From a virus (Duplodnaviria; Caudoviricetes), in IMG/VR virus record IMGVR_UViG_3300028586_000037, positions 1 through 43,078 of that record: 43,078 nucleotides of DNA; one strand, 5' to 3'. The notes under the pieces were generated by a model, which did not search any database, was not told where the DNA came from, and saw only the letters and a list, made by a program, of their open reading frames with translations. Shown here piece by piece: positions 1 to 8,713 of this stretch. Within the stretch, counting starts at the first letter, position 1. Every line of letters begins with the position of its first letter. A program made the position numbers and the translations under genes.

Positions 1-330
1 TACCTGCTCGGCCAGCACGGCTTGCTCGAAGAAGGCAGCGCCCAAAACCAGCTCCCCGCCGACTTCCTGATGGAGGTGATGGACCTCAACGAGCAACTCA
101 TGGAGCTGGAATTTGAAGCTGACCCCGCCGCCACCGCCCAGCTCGACGCCGAGGTAACCGCCCTGGCCGATACCCTGGACGCTGGCATTCAGCCGGTACT
201 GGCAGGCTACGCCCAATTACCAGCCGACCACCGCCCCGCCGCGCTGGCCCAGGTAAAAACCTACTACTTAAAAAAGCGCTACCTCTTGCGACTTCGCCAG
301 CAATTGGCTACCTTTGCGGCCCGCTCGTGA
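1..330 (+). CDS. hscB: Fe-S cluster co-chaperone HscB, C-terminal part (5' end outside window)
   Basis: LPADFLMEVMDLNEQL matches the HscB C-terminal FLMExMElxE signature; frame open to window start. Confidence 0.7.
   Translation, partial: YLLGQHGLLEEGSAQNQLPADFLMEVMDLNEQLMELEFEADPAATAQLDAEVTALADTLDAGIQPVLAGYAQLPADHRPAALAQVKTYYLKKRYLLRLRQQLATFAARS
286..316 (+). promoter_or_regulatory. Bacteroidota housekeeping promoter for tRNA-Leu
   Basis: TTG (286-288), 20 nt spacer, TACCTTTG (309-316) = TAnnTTTG -7 box, 40 nt upstream of the tRNA. Confidence 0.65.
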
Positions 331-355
331 TTACCGGCTGAGTGGAATCGTTCTT

Positions 356-437
356 GCCCGGATGGCGGAACCGGTAGACGCGATGGTCTCAAACACCATT
401 ACCGCAAGGTGTGCCGGTTCGACTCCGGCTCCGGGTA
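356..437 (+). tRNA. tRNA-Leu (CAA)
   Basis: Acceptor stem GCCCGGA/TCCGGGT, anticodon arm ATGGT-CTCAAAC-ACCAT (CAA at 390-392), long variable arm, GGTTCGACTCC T-arm; no encoded CCA. Confidence 0.96.
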
Positions 438-439
438 CT
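422..439 (+). repeat. attL core (18 bp)
   Basis: ACTCCGGCTCCGGGTACT, identical to 40311-40328; is the tRNA 3' end. Confidence 0.95.
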
Positions 440-464
440 TTTTAGCCTTTAGCTAGGCACAAAC

Positions 465-515
465 GCCGAAAAACGGCCATTCCAGCATTCTGGGATGGTC
501 GTTTTTCGGCTTTTT
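465..515 (+). terminator. Phage-supplied terminator after the tRNA
   Basis: 21-bp stem GCCGAAAAACGGCCATTCCAG / CTGGGATGGTCGTTTTTCGGC (two G-U pairs) followed by TTTTT. Confidence 0.7.
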
Positions 516-524
516 GCATTTCGG

Positions 525-544
525 CGCTTACCAACTGCTTACCA
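525..544 (+). repeat. Integrase arm-type binding sites (left)
   Basis: CGCTTACCA-act-GCTTACCA; same tandem with the same 3-bp spacer at 40253-40272. Confidence 0.75.
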
Positions 545-576
545 GAAATTTTCACGTTTACCGACCTACAACCTAC

Positions 577-1827
577 ATGGGTTACTCTGCGAAAATTGTC
601 TTGCGGCGGCCCGCCCGCCGCGATGGCTCTTGCCAAGTCCGCTTGCAGGTACTGCTGCACCGCAAGCCCGTGCCACTCGCCACCGGCGTGAGCTGGCCCT
701 CACTTTTTTTTGATGATGAGGCCGGGCGCTGCCTGGCTAGCCTGCCACTTGTGCAGCGTGGCCCGGACTACCGCGAGCAGCTAGCCGCCGCGCAGGCCTG
801 GGCTGGCGGGCCGGCCGCCTGGGTGAAGCGTGCCGACGACTACAACCTGATTCTAGGCCAGGCCCAAGGCAAGGCCAATAACATTTTCGTCGAGGCCCGG
901 CTGAATAGTGCCGTGCTCACGCCTGAGCGGTTTGTGCAGGACTACAATACCGAAGGCAGTAAAAGCGACTTCGTAAGCTATTTCTACCACAAAATCATTG
1001 AGCGCCACCGCAAGAAGAAAATAACGGACAATACCCGTAAAAATCACTTGAGCACCTGGCGCGAACTGAAGCGCTTCCGGGAGGTAATCCCATTTCACAC
1101 CCTCGGCCTTGACTTTGCGGATGACTTTAAACTGTATTTAGACAAAAAAATAAAAGGCCTGAACACGCGCTGGGTGCGGCACAAGGATGTAAAAACCTAC
1201 CTGGCTATTGCCCGCCGCGAGAAAATCAAGTTCGAGAATCCGTATGAGGATTTTGTTAACCGAAGCGAGCCGGGCAAGTGGAAGCCGCTGAAGCCCGACG
1301 AGCTGCGCAAATTGGAGGCATACTATGTACTCTGCGCGCCAGGCACCCCCCAGCGCCGGGTGCTATGCAAATTTCTATTTAGCTGCAAGTCGGGCCTGCG
1401 CCTGGGTGACTTGAAGAACATGGCCAACTCGAAGCTGGCCGGCAACCAGCTCACTTTCGAAATGCAAAAAGGCCGGGCCAACCGTACGGAGGATACCATG
1501 CTCCCCCTCACCCGCCAGGCGCTGGGCTACCTGGCTGATGCGCAGGAGGAGGAAGGGCTAAAGGGTTTCCGCGATTACACCGACCAATATGAGAACCGCC
1601 TGCTCACGGCGGTGGGCCAGCAGCTGGGCATTGACTCCAGGTTGCACCACCACGTCGGCCGCGAAACCTTTGCCACCAATTTTATCCGCAAGGGCGGCAA
1701 GGCGGAAGTGCTCCAGAAGCTACTAAACCATGCCAACATCCGCGACACGATGAAGTACGTGCACGTCGATGACGAAATGAAGTGCGACGCCATCAAGGCG
1801 CTGGACGCACTTGATGCCGCCGGCTAA
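577..1827 (+). CDS. int: Tyrosine recombinase (phage integrase)
   Basis: SGLRLGDL (catalytic R), HHVGRETF (HxxR), LLNHANIRDTMKY (H...Y); Bacteroidota-type N-terminal arm domain; next to attL; ATG 577 preferred. Confidence 0.95.
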   Translation: MGYSAKIVLRRPARRDGSCQVRLQVLLHRKPVPLATGVSWPSLFFDDEAGRCLASLPLVQRGPDYREQLAAAQAWAGGPAAWVKRADDYNLILGQAQGKANNIFVEARLNSAVLTPERFVQDYNTEGSKSDFVSYFYHKIIERHRKKKITDNTRKNHLSTWRELKRFREVIPFHTLGLDFADDFKLYLDKKIKGLNTRWVRHKDVKTYLAIARREKIKFENPYEDFVNRSEPGKWKPLKPDELRKLEAYYVLCAPGTPQRRVLCKFLFSCKSGLRLGDLKNMANSKLAGNQLTFEMQKGRANRTEDTMLPLTRQALGYLADAQEEEGLKGFRDYTDQYENRLLTAVGQQLGIDSRLHHHVGRETFATNFIRKGGKAEVLQKLLNHANIRDTMKYVHVDDEMKCDAIKALDALDAAG

Positions 1828-1874
1828 GTGCTATAAAAACGGCCAGTACTGGGCCGAATAAATTAGTAGAACAC

Positions 1875-1907
1875 AAAAAAGCCCCGGCCTTGCGGTCGGG
1901 GCTTTTT
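1875..1907. terminator. Bidirectional terminator
   Basis: AAAAAA-GCCCCGGCC-TTGC-GGTCGGGGC-TTTTT between convergent genes. Confidence 0.85.
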
Positions 1908-1936
1908 CATTTATCAATTAGCTATAACCAATTAGC

Positions 1937-2239
1937 TTATACCATCACCCAGCGGCGCTTGCCATACTTCACCTTGCGCAGGTGGGGCTTTTCGATGAAG
2001 CGGGTGAAGCCAGGCGTAACCATCGGAGGGGCCTGGGCTACCACCTTGCGCTGGGCTGCTGGCTGGCTTTCGGGCTTGGCTGGCTTCTGCTCCCGGAGGT
2101 TGAGCGGCCACGACTGCTTAGCCAGGTCACGCGCCTGCTGCATGTCGGAGTATTGAGAAGTAGCGGTCGGCTGGCTAGCCTGGCTGCCAGCGAAGAAGGC
2201 ACCCATTGCGAGGGCAGCCCTGAGAAGACGTTTGTTCAT
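1937..2239 (-). CDS. Small exported protein with basic C-terminus
   Basis: Signal-peptide-like MNKRLLRAALAMGAFFAGSQA; preceded by the late-promoter motif and followed by a terminator. Confidence 0.7.
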   Translation of the reverse strand: MNKRLLRAALAMGAFFAGSQASQPTATSQYSDMQQARDLAKQSWPLNLREQKPAKPESQPAAQRKVVAQAPPMVTPGFTRFIEKPHLRKVKYGKRRWVMV

Positions 2240-2271
2240 GACGGGGAAAGGCTGAGTTATTGGATTCTGAC

Positions 2272-2308
2272 CGAAATCTCCCCCGGCAATTGCCCCTTAG
2301 AAAGGACA
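2272..2308 (-). promoter_or_regulatory. Putative phage late promoter, copy 1
   Basis: Minus strand TGTCCTTTC-N5-GGCAATTGCC-N7-ATTTCG. Confidence 0.7.
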
Positions 2309-2317
2309 GAAAAAAAC

Positions 2318-2899
2318 CTACTCCGGCAGGTACTTGGCCACCGTCGTGGCCGAGAGCTTCAGCGCCTTACCGATGGCGTAGTTCGACATGCCCCCGCCCT
2401 TCAGCCGGCGTATCTGCTCGACCTGCTCCTGCTCCAGGCCGGGCTTGCCCAGCTTCGTGCCCTTGCCCCGCGCCCGCTCGATGCCGGCGCGGGTGCGCTC
2501 GCTCAGACGCACGCGCTCCTGCTTGGCCACGATGGCCAGAATGGAAATGACGGCATCCTTGAAAATGCCGGTGCTATCCAGGTACTGCTCGGTGTAGGAC
2601 TTGTAGCCCACGCCGTAGCTCTCCAGTAGGTTCAGGTGCTGGAGCGTCGGCAGGGCACCCTCGCGGCTGAAGCGGTCGAGGCTCCAGAACAGCACGAGGT
2701 CGAACTTGCGTTGGTGAGCATCGGCAAAGAGCTTCTTAAACTCGGTGCGGTTGGCTGTGCTGCCCGACTCCTCTTCAGCGTACTCCTTATAGATATCCCA
2801 GCCGTGCACCTGGGCGTAGCGGCGCAGGTCGGGCAGTTGGTTATCGGTGGACTGGCCTTTGTCCTTGGTCGAAACGCGGGCGTAGATGGCAACTTTCAT
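2318..2899 (-). CDS. Small serine recombinase (resolvase/invertase) with C-terminal HTH
   Basis: YARVST catalytic Ser motif, SLDRFSR, ERTRAGIERAR...GKP, HTH tail. Confidence 0.93.
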   Translation of the reverse strand: MKVAIYARVSTKDKGQSTDNQLPDLRRYAQVHGWDIYKEYAEEESGSTANRTEFKKLFADAHQRKFDLVLFWSLDRFSREGALPTLQHLNLLESYGVGYKSYTEQYLDSTGIFKDAVISILAIVAKQERVRLSERTRAGIERARGKGTKLGKPGLEQEQVEQIRRLKGGGMSNYAIGKALKLSATTVAKYLPE

Positions 2900-3054
2900 T
2901 ACTCCTTAATAATCTCGACTCCTGGAAACATACTTTTTATTTCCTGTTCTAACTGCTCAAGTCCTGCCTTCATTTCTACTATGAAGTCGGAACTACTCAT
3001 GTCCTTACGAAGTCCGTCGAGATAGCCAAGGCTCAAGTTTTGCAAGTCATCCAT
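2899..3054 (-). CDS. Small acidic hypothetical protein (51 aa; alternative start 3114)
   Basis: Stop overlaps the resolvase ATG (TAATG coupling); AT-richer than flanks. Confidence 0.5.
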   Translation of the reverse strand: MDDLQNLSLGYLDGLRKDMSSSDFIVEMKAGLEQLEQEIKSMFPGVEIIKE

Positions 3055-3065
3055 ACCCGAAAGTA

Positions 3066-3163
3066 ATCCACGAAACGGGTCTTTTGTGGATGGTTTTGCA
3101 AACCGCCTCCACACCCCCGAAAACGCGGTTTTTTAGGTACGTTTTTCGACACCCTTTTGTGGA
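3066..3163. promoter_or_regulatory. res-like multi-subsite resolvase binding region
   Basis: IR ATCCACGAAA-N6-TTTTGTGGAT (3066-3091), IR CGAAAACG...CGTTTTTCG (3118-3148), second CTTTTGTGGA (3154-3163), upstream of the resolvase. Confidence 0.55.
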
Positions 3164-3178
3164 CTAGTAAACAGCACG

Positions 3179-3208
3179 AAAAAGCCCGGCCAACTGGCCG
3201 GGCTTTTT
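3179..3208. terminator. Terminator ending the tail operon
   Basis: AAAAAGCCCGGCCA-AC-TGGCCGGGCTTTTT immediately after the tape measure stop. Confidence 0.88.
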
Positions 3209-3210
3209 GC

Positions 3211-6200
3211 TTAGCGTATGCCGCCACCCTGCTTCACGTCCTGCACCGTCTTCAGGCCCTTGGCCACCTCCTGAAGATTATTCTGCACCACGAGATTGCG
3301 CTGCCAGTCGGCAACCTCATCCCGAAACTCCTGCTGGCCTTTCACAAATAGCTGCATCAGCTCCACAAGTTGCCCGCTGGGCTCGTCGCTCACGGGGCTG
3401 GCCACCGCGCTGGCGCCGGTGGTGGAGCCACCGCTGGCGAAGGCATTGCCCCGGCTGGCAATCTGCGCTTCCAGGAAGCCCATCAGGTTGGCCTGCTTGG
3501 GGTCGGCGTACATCCAGTTCGGAATCACGAGTTCCGCACCGGCCTCGCCAATGAGCCCTAGCGTGGCCTGGCCTACCGGGCCACCGGCAGCGAAGCTGCC
3601 GTTCGGGGCCAAGCTGCCACCGCTAACCCCGCTCAGCAGGCCAGCTACGTCGCTCAACAGCACTTCGCCCACGCGCTCGGTGGTCGGCCCGCCCTTTTGA
3701 AAGGCCGCAACTTTAATGGCGGCCAGCGCGCCCCGACCAATCGAGAGGCCGTTTTTCAGCAATAGCTCGGCGCCTACGATGGCCGAGCCACCGGGCAGGG
3801 CGTTGCGGGGGTCAGCCGCTGCCCACTTGGCGTTGCTGGACGTTTCGGCAATCACGTTCATGCCGATTTCGGCCAGTTGCGCGGTTTTCATCGCGGCCTT
3901 AAACAGAACGAAGGCGCTGCTTTGCTTATCCAGGTTCTCGGTGACCATACCCAGGGCATCGACCAACAGCCCGGCGTACGAGGCGTTCATCTGCTTTTTA
4001 AACTGTACGAAATCCAGCTCCATCGCCTTCTGCGCCCGGATTCTATCCGTCTCATTTTTAATTAAACCGGTCTGAATCTTTTTGGCCTCCGCCGTTTCCC
4101 CCTTGCCCGCCTCCACTAGCAGCTGCAACTGCTTTTCTAGGGCCTCGCGCTTGAGGTTGTAGAGCGCCTCCTGATACTCCTGCTCGGAGAGCAGGCCCCA
4201 GGCCCGCTTGTTTTCCAGCAGGGCCATGTCCTCGGCCTCGTCGGCCTCGATGTCGGCCAGCTTTTCCTCCAGCTTTTTCTGGCGCTCCTGCTCGTCCTGC
4301 TCGTTGTACTTGGCTTGCAGCTCGCGCAGGTGCAGGTCGCGCTCGGCCATGATGGCGGCCACCCGCTCGGTGTAGTCGGCTTCCTTGCCGGTGAGGGCCT
4401 CGGCCTTTTTATCGGCGTCGTCAAACACTTTCTGGCGCTCCAGCTCGCGGCGCATTTCCTCGTCGGACTGGGCCTTTTGGTCGCGCTGCGCTTTGAGCAC
4501 GTTGCGGCCGTCGAGTAGGCTCCCCTCCTCTTTCACCCAGGTTTTCAGGTCATCGAGGTGGGCTTGGTCGGCTTTGTCGCGGGCGGCCTTAGCCTCCTTG
4601 TAGGCCTTCTCGCGGTCTTTCTGCGCTTTTTCGGCGGCCTTCTGGCGGTCGGCATCGGTGATGCCATCGCCGCCCTGGGCGCGCTTCTCCGGCGCCTCGG
4701 CCCCGGCCGCGCTCACGTCGGCGGTAGCCTCCACTTTTTTCGTGGCTGCCGCCGCGAAGGCCTTATTATAGGCCTCGCCGATGGAGGTGCCCAGGTTAGC
4801 GAACTCCTTGCCCGCCCCGCTGAAGTCGCCGCCTTTCACCTTCGTCCAGGCGCGGCCTACGCCGCCGAACGCCGCCTCAGCAGCCGCCGAGAACGCGGCG
4901 AAGTAGCCGGGCGCATTGCTGAGCAGGAAGAACAGGTCGCGCACGGGCTGCGTGAGCTGCTGCAAGAAGCTCTTGGCCACGTCGCTCGTTTTGGCCCACT
5001 CCACGGTAGCCTTCACCACGTCGGCGATGATGCCCCACAGCATTTTGGTCGGGGCCATCATCCACCGGATGATGTTGCCCAGCCCCTCGCCCGCCGACGA
5101 GGCCGTGAGCGTGCCCTTGCTGAGCCAGCCCATGCTCTCGGCCAGGTCGGTGAGTGATTTCCAAATGTCCTGCACCGGCTGAAATAGCTCCTTAAACGTG
5201 GTGCCCAGGCTCGCCAGCAGGGTGTAGAGCACCGTCATGCCCTTGTTGGTGAGCGTTTCGAGCACGGTGCTACCGCCCTCGAATTGTTTGGTCAGGTCGT
5301 TCTGGGCGGCGGCTAGCTCAGTTTGCGAGTCGAGCAGCGCCGCCTGGCGCTGGGTGTAGACGTTGGTTTTGTCCACCAGCTCGTCCACGCCCTTGCCCAC
5401 GTTTTTGAGCGACTTGAGGTAGTCGATGCCGGCATCCTCGCCCGGGCCGCCGAACACGTCGGCAATCACGGTTTGCAGTTGGTTGGCCGGAATCTTGGTC
5501 TCATCCAGCTCCTTGCCCACTTTTTGCAGCGCCTGCTCCACCGTCATAGAGCCGTCCTTGATGCCGTCGAAAATCTGCTTCGTGAAGTCGGAGCCGAACG
5601 CGGCTTGCATCGCCTCGGTGGTAGCCTTGGTCTGCTCGCGGATGCGCAGGCCGAACTCCTTCACCACGTCGGCGCCCTTATCCGAGAAAATGCCCTGAGT
5701 GGCTGATTGCGAAATATGCCCGATAAAGTCCTGGGCCGCGAAGCCCGCGTCTTTGAACTGCGGGGCGTACTCCTTCACTTGGTCGAGGAAGTCGCCACCG
5801 GCATCGGCACCTGCCAGGAAGCCTTGGCTGATAAGGCGCATGGCTTCCTGCTGGCTCACGCCCATCTGCTTGCTCAGGGTATTGCTGGCCTGCAGCACCT
5901 CATTGAAATCTTTGCCGAAGGTGCGGCTCACGGCCAGCACCGACGTGGTGAGGCCGTCCAGCTCGGCGCCGGTGGCGCCGGTCAGGGTGTTGATGTTGCC
6001 CCGCAGGTTGGCCACCTCCTTGGTGGTGTTGATGATTTCGGCGCCCAATTCCTTGATGCCCTCCAGCACGGCCTCGGCCCCCACCGTCACGCCCGCGAAG
6101 GCCAGGGCGTCCTTCATCAGGCTGCCTTGCTGCTGGGTCTGGCCCATCTCGTTTTTCACCTCCTCGATGCGCTGGCCCAGGGCCTTGTAGTCGGCCAGCA

Positions 6201-6588
6201 TCTTGGCCCGGCGCGGGTCGTCTTGGTTGAGGTCGTTCAACTCCTTTTCCAGCTGGCTGGCGCTGGCCTTCATCTCGTTGAACGTGGCGTTGACCTTCTG
6301 GCCATCCACCACTACGCGCATGTTTTCCTGGGCCAGCGCCGCCTGCGCGGCCGCCAGCTCCTCGGCCGACTGGGTAACGCCGCGCATTTCGGCCCGGCTG
6401 GCCCCCAGGCGCTGATTCATCTGCTGGAGGTCGGCCAGCAGCTGCGCCCGGCCCGGGTCGTCCTGGCCCATGCGGCTGAGCTGGGCCGTCATCACGGCCG
6501 CGCCGGCCGCCATCTCCTTGAGGCTGGCGTTGGCGTCCTGGGCTTTCAGGACTATCTCAATGGTTCTTTGGTCTGGGCTATCGGCCAT
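3211..6588 (-). CDS. Tail tape measure protein
   Basis: 1125 aa, Ala-rich and helical; minor-tail-like core (EYAPQFKDAG...DVFGGPGEDAG); C-terminal FAAGG...GEAGAELVIP motifs typical of TMPs. Confidence 0.92.
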   Translation of the reverse strand: MADSPDQRTIEIVLKAQDANASLKEMAAGAAVMTAQLSRMGQDDPGRAQLLADLQQMNQRLGASRAEMRGVTQSAEELAAAQAALAQENMRVVVDGQKVNATFNEMKASASQLEKELNDLNQDDPRRAKMLADYKALGQRIEEVKNEMGQTQQQGSLMKDALAFAGVTVGAEAVLEGIKELGAEIINTTKEVANLRGNINTLTGATGAELDGLTTSVLAVSRTFGKDFNEVLQASNTLSKQMGVSQQEAMRLISQGFLAGADAGGDFLDQVKEYAPQFKDAGFAAQDFIGHISQSATQGIFSDKGADVVKEFGLRIREQTKATTEAMQAAFGSDFTKQIFDGIKDGSMTVEQALQKVGKELDETKIPANQLQTVIADVFGGPGEDAGIDYLKSLKNVGKGVDELVDKTNVYTQRQAALLDSQTELAAAQNDLTKQFEGGSTVLETLTNKGMTVLYTLLASLGTTFKELFQPVQDIWKSLTDLAESMGWLSKGTLTASSAGEGLGNIIRWMMAPTKMLWGIIADVVKATVEWAKTSDVAKSFLQQLTQPVRDLFFLLSNAPGYFAAFSAAAEAAFGGVGRAWTKVKGGDFSGAGKEFANLGTSIGEAYNKAFAAAATKKVEATADVSAAGAEAPEKRAQGGDGITDADRQKAAEKAQKDREKAYKEAKAARDKADQAHLDDLKTWVKEEGSLLDGRNVLKAQRDQKAQSDEEMRRELERQKVFDDADKKAEALTGKEADYTERVAAIMAERDLHLRELQAKYNEQDEQERQKKLEEKLADIEADEAEDMALLENKRAWGLLSEQEYQEALYNLKREALEKQLQLLVEAGKGETAEAKKIQTGLIKNETDRIRAQKAMELDFVQFKKQMNASYAGLLVDALGMVTENLDKQSSAFVLFKAAMKTAQLAEIGMNVIAETSSNAKWAAADPRNALPGGSAIVGAELLLKNGLSIGRGALAAIKVAAFQKGGPTTERVGEVLLSDVAGLLSGVSGGSLAPNGSFAAGGPVGQATLGLIGEAGAELVIPNWMYADPKQANLMGFLEAQIASRGNAFASGGSTTGASAVASPVSDEPSGQLVELMQLFVKGQQEFRDEVADWQRNLVVQNNLQEVAKGLKTVQDVKQGGGIR

Positions 6589-6613
6589 GACGTTACTTAT
6601 AAGGTAAGTTGGA

Positions 6614-6775
6614 TTAGAAAATTAGGCCCCGGGCAGCCCCCTGGGCCAGGCCCAGTTGGGCCTGCACGGTGAGTAATTGAGTGCGCAGGTTTTGCCACTC
6701 GACGCTATTGATGGGGGTGTTGTCGAGTTGCTGCTGGAGGGTGCGCACTTGCTGGCGCAGAAAGTTGATAGACAT
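6614..6775 (-). CDS. 53-aa helical protein upstream of the tape measure (absent from the ORF track)
   Basis: Manually translated MSINFLRQQVRTLQQQLDNTPINSVEWQNLRTQLLTVQAQLGLAQGAARGLIF; fills the gap co-directionally. Confidence 0.6.
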   Translation of the reverse strand: MSINFLRQQVRTLQQQLDNTPINSVEWQNLRTQLLTVQAQLGLAQGAARGLIF

Positions 6776-6781
6776 GCTCTT

Positions 6782-7213
6782 TTACAGATTAATAGTGACT
6801 TGCGCAGGTAGCGCATCTTGAATGTTGGCCGTGATGGTTTCGCCGAAGTAGTCGGAGAGCAGCACGCTGAGGCGGAAGGACTGCTTGCCGATGACCTTGC
6901 TGGCGAAGGGCCGGGCCTTGCGGCTGAACTGGCGCAGCTGGCCCCGCTCGTCGCGGATGCGGGCGTAGTCGCTGTCGCGCTTGCGGATGCCGGCGCCCAT
7001 GCCCCGGCCCACGCCCATGTCCACGAACTTGCCGTAGGCGGCGTAGGCGATGGTGAGCTTCTGCACGTCGCCACCGGCGGCGGCGACTAGGTGCCCCTCG
7101 ACGCTGGCCAGCAAGTGGCCCGTATCGTTGACTTTGAGCTTGCGCAGGTTTCCGCGCAAGTCGTCGAGGGTGTATTCCAGCCACTTCTCGACCGTTTGAA
7201 ACTGCGTGGGCAT
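6782..7213 (-). CDS. Putative tail-completion/neck protein (HK97 gp10-like)
   Basis: DTGHLLASV...YGKFVDMGVG...ARPF pattern. Confidence 0.6.
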   Translation of the reverse strand: MPTQFQTVEKWLEYTLDDLRGNLRKLKVNDTGHLLASVEGHLVAAAGGDVQKLTIAYAAYGKFVDMGVGRGMGAGIRKRDSDYARIRDERGQLRQFSRKARPFASKVIGKQSFRLSVLLSDYFGETITANIQDALPAQVTINL

Positions 7214-7216
7214 GGG

Positions 7217-8713
7217 CTAGCGGGCAACTTGGTGGTAGGTGATGGTGGCCGGCGCCAGCGTCTGGGGGCCGCCCACGGTCAGGCTGATGCGCTCCCAGAA
7301 AAAGAGCAGGCCCTGCACCAGGTCCTTGCGCGTGGGGTCAAGCGCCAGGAATTCGCCCAGGGTGAGGGCGATGGTGCGCTCCTCGGTGCGGGCGTTGGTG
7401 CGGAAATCCAGCCAGGGCTTGTGCCACTGGGCGTAGAGGCCCGCCGGCCCGCCCCACTCCAGGGCGTACCGGCCTATCGTGGCCCCGGCGTAGTTGACCG
7501 TGCCCGACGAGGCCAGTGGGTAGCGGTCGCCCTGGCTGTCTAGCTGAAGGCCTCGGTAAAAGAGGAAGCGTAGCTGGCCGCCGCGCACGTCGGTTTGCTC
7601 AAAATCGGGGCGGGCCGAGTAGCCCGCCTGCTCGGTGGCCGGCACGAGCCACTGGCGGCCGGGGGTCAGCGGGTCGGCCTCGCGCACCATGCGCAGGGTG
7701 TCGGCCGCCGGCTGGATTTTCTCCTTGCCCCCACCGATGACCACCTCGGGCCAGGCGTTGGACTTGAGCAGCTCGTCGTCGGTGTCGGCCGTGAAGGCCA
7801 GCGTAAAGCCGTCGCCTTCGTTGGCCACGTCGCGGTAGGCCAGGCCCGGGACGCGGGGCGCGTAGCCGGCCTGGGCCACCACGTCGCGCAGGGCTACCAC
7901 CTCCACCAATCGGCGCACGGGGTTGAAGACGAAGCCCAGGGCGAAAAGCTGCTGGAGCACGAGCAGCAAGTCGGCCAGGCGCACGTCGGGTAGCACCGTG
8001 GCCAGGTTGAACTGGCTAGCCACGCCCGAGCCGGCGGCCTCGTCGAGCGAAGTGAGGCTGTACACCACTAGCTGCTGGATTTCGGGGTCTTCGAGCCAGG
8101 CCCCGCGCAGTTCGTAGCCATACAGGGCAAAGCAGCGGCGCAGCAGCGGCACCACCTTCAGCAAGGGCACCACGGTGTGCACCTGGGCTGGGCCGGGGTT
8201 GGTGGCTACGGTGGCCGCGCCCGGGGCGTAGTAGTTCACTACCTGGCCCCAGTCCTTGTTCTTGTCCTTATCATAAAAGGCCACGTTGCGCACTGGGGCC
8301 AGCACGTAGTCGGCCGTCTCGGACACCAGCTGCACGGGCAGCGTGGGCAAGGCCAGCTCCGAGAGCAGCACGTCCTGGATGCGCTCGCCCAGGGCGTCGG
8401 CATCGGCCTGGAATTGGTAGCTGTACTCGCCCTTGTCGCTGTCGAACTCCTTGTATTTGAGCGTACCCCGGCGCCACAGGGCGCCGCCGATGTACAAATC
8501 AGCCTCCACGGCCGGCACCGCGCCGCGCCGGCGGGCGCGCACGGCCGGGAAGCCCAGCAGCCGGCGGTTGCGGGCCGTGTCGGTGAAGGCCACCGGGTAG
8601 CTGAGCACGCCCGGGATGGTGTCGAAGTCAAACAACGGGCTGCGGATTTCCAGCCCGATGGTGTCGCCGAAGTCGAGCCACTCGCCCGTGTCGGGAATTT
8701 GAAAGCCAGTCAT
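7217..8713 (-). CDS. Putative tail tip/baseplate protein
   Basis: 498 aa, beta-rich, N-terminal SPLF...SYPVAF pattern of siphovirus tail proteins; tail operon position. Confidence 0.6.
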   Translation of the reverse strand: MTGFQIPDTGEWLDFGDTIGLEIRSPLFDFDTIPGVLSYPVAFTDTARNRRLLGFPAVRARRRGAVPAVEADLYIGGALWRRGTLKYKEFDSDKGEYSYQFQADADALGERIQDVLLSELALPTLPVQLVSETADYVLAPVRNVAFYDKDKNKDWGQVVNYYAPGAATVATNPGPAQVHTVVPLLKVVPLLRRCFALYGYELRGAWLEDPEIQQLVVYSLTSLDEAAGSGVASQFNLATVLPDVRLADLLLVLQQLFALGFVFNPVRRLVEVVALRDVVAQAGYAPRVPGLAYRDVANEGDGFTLAFTADTDDELLKSNAWPEVVIGGGKEKIQPAADTLRMVREADPLTPGRQWLVPATEQAGYSARPDFEQTDVRGGQLRFLFYRGLQLDSQGDRYPLASSGTVNYAGATIGRYALEWGGPAGLYAQWHKPWLDFRTNARTEERTIALTLGEFLALDPTRKDLVQGLLFFWERISLTVGGPQTLAPATITYHQVAR

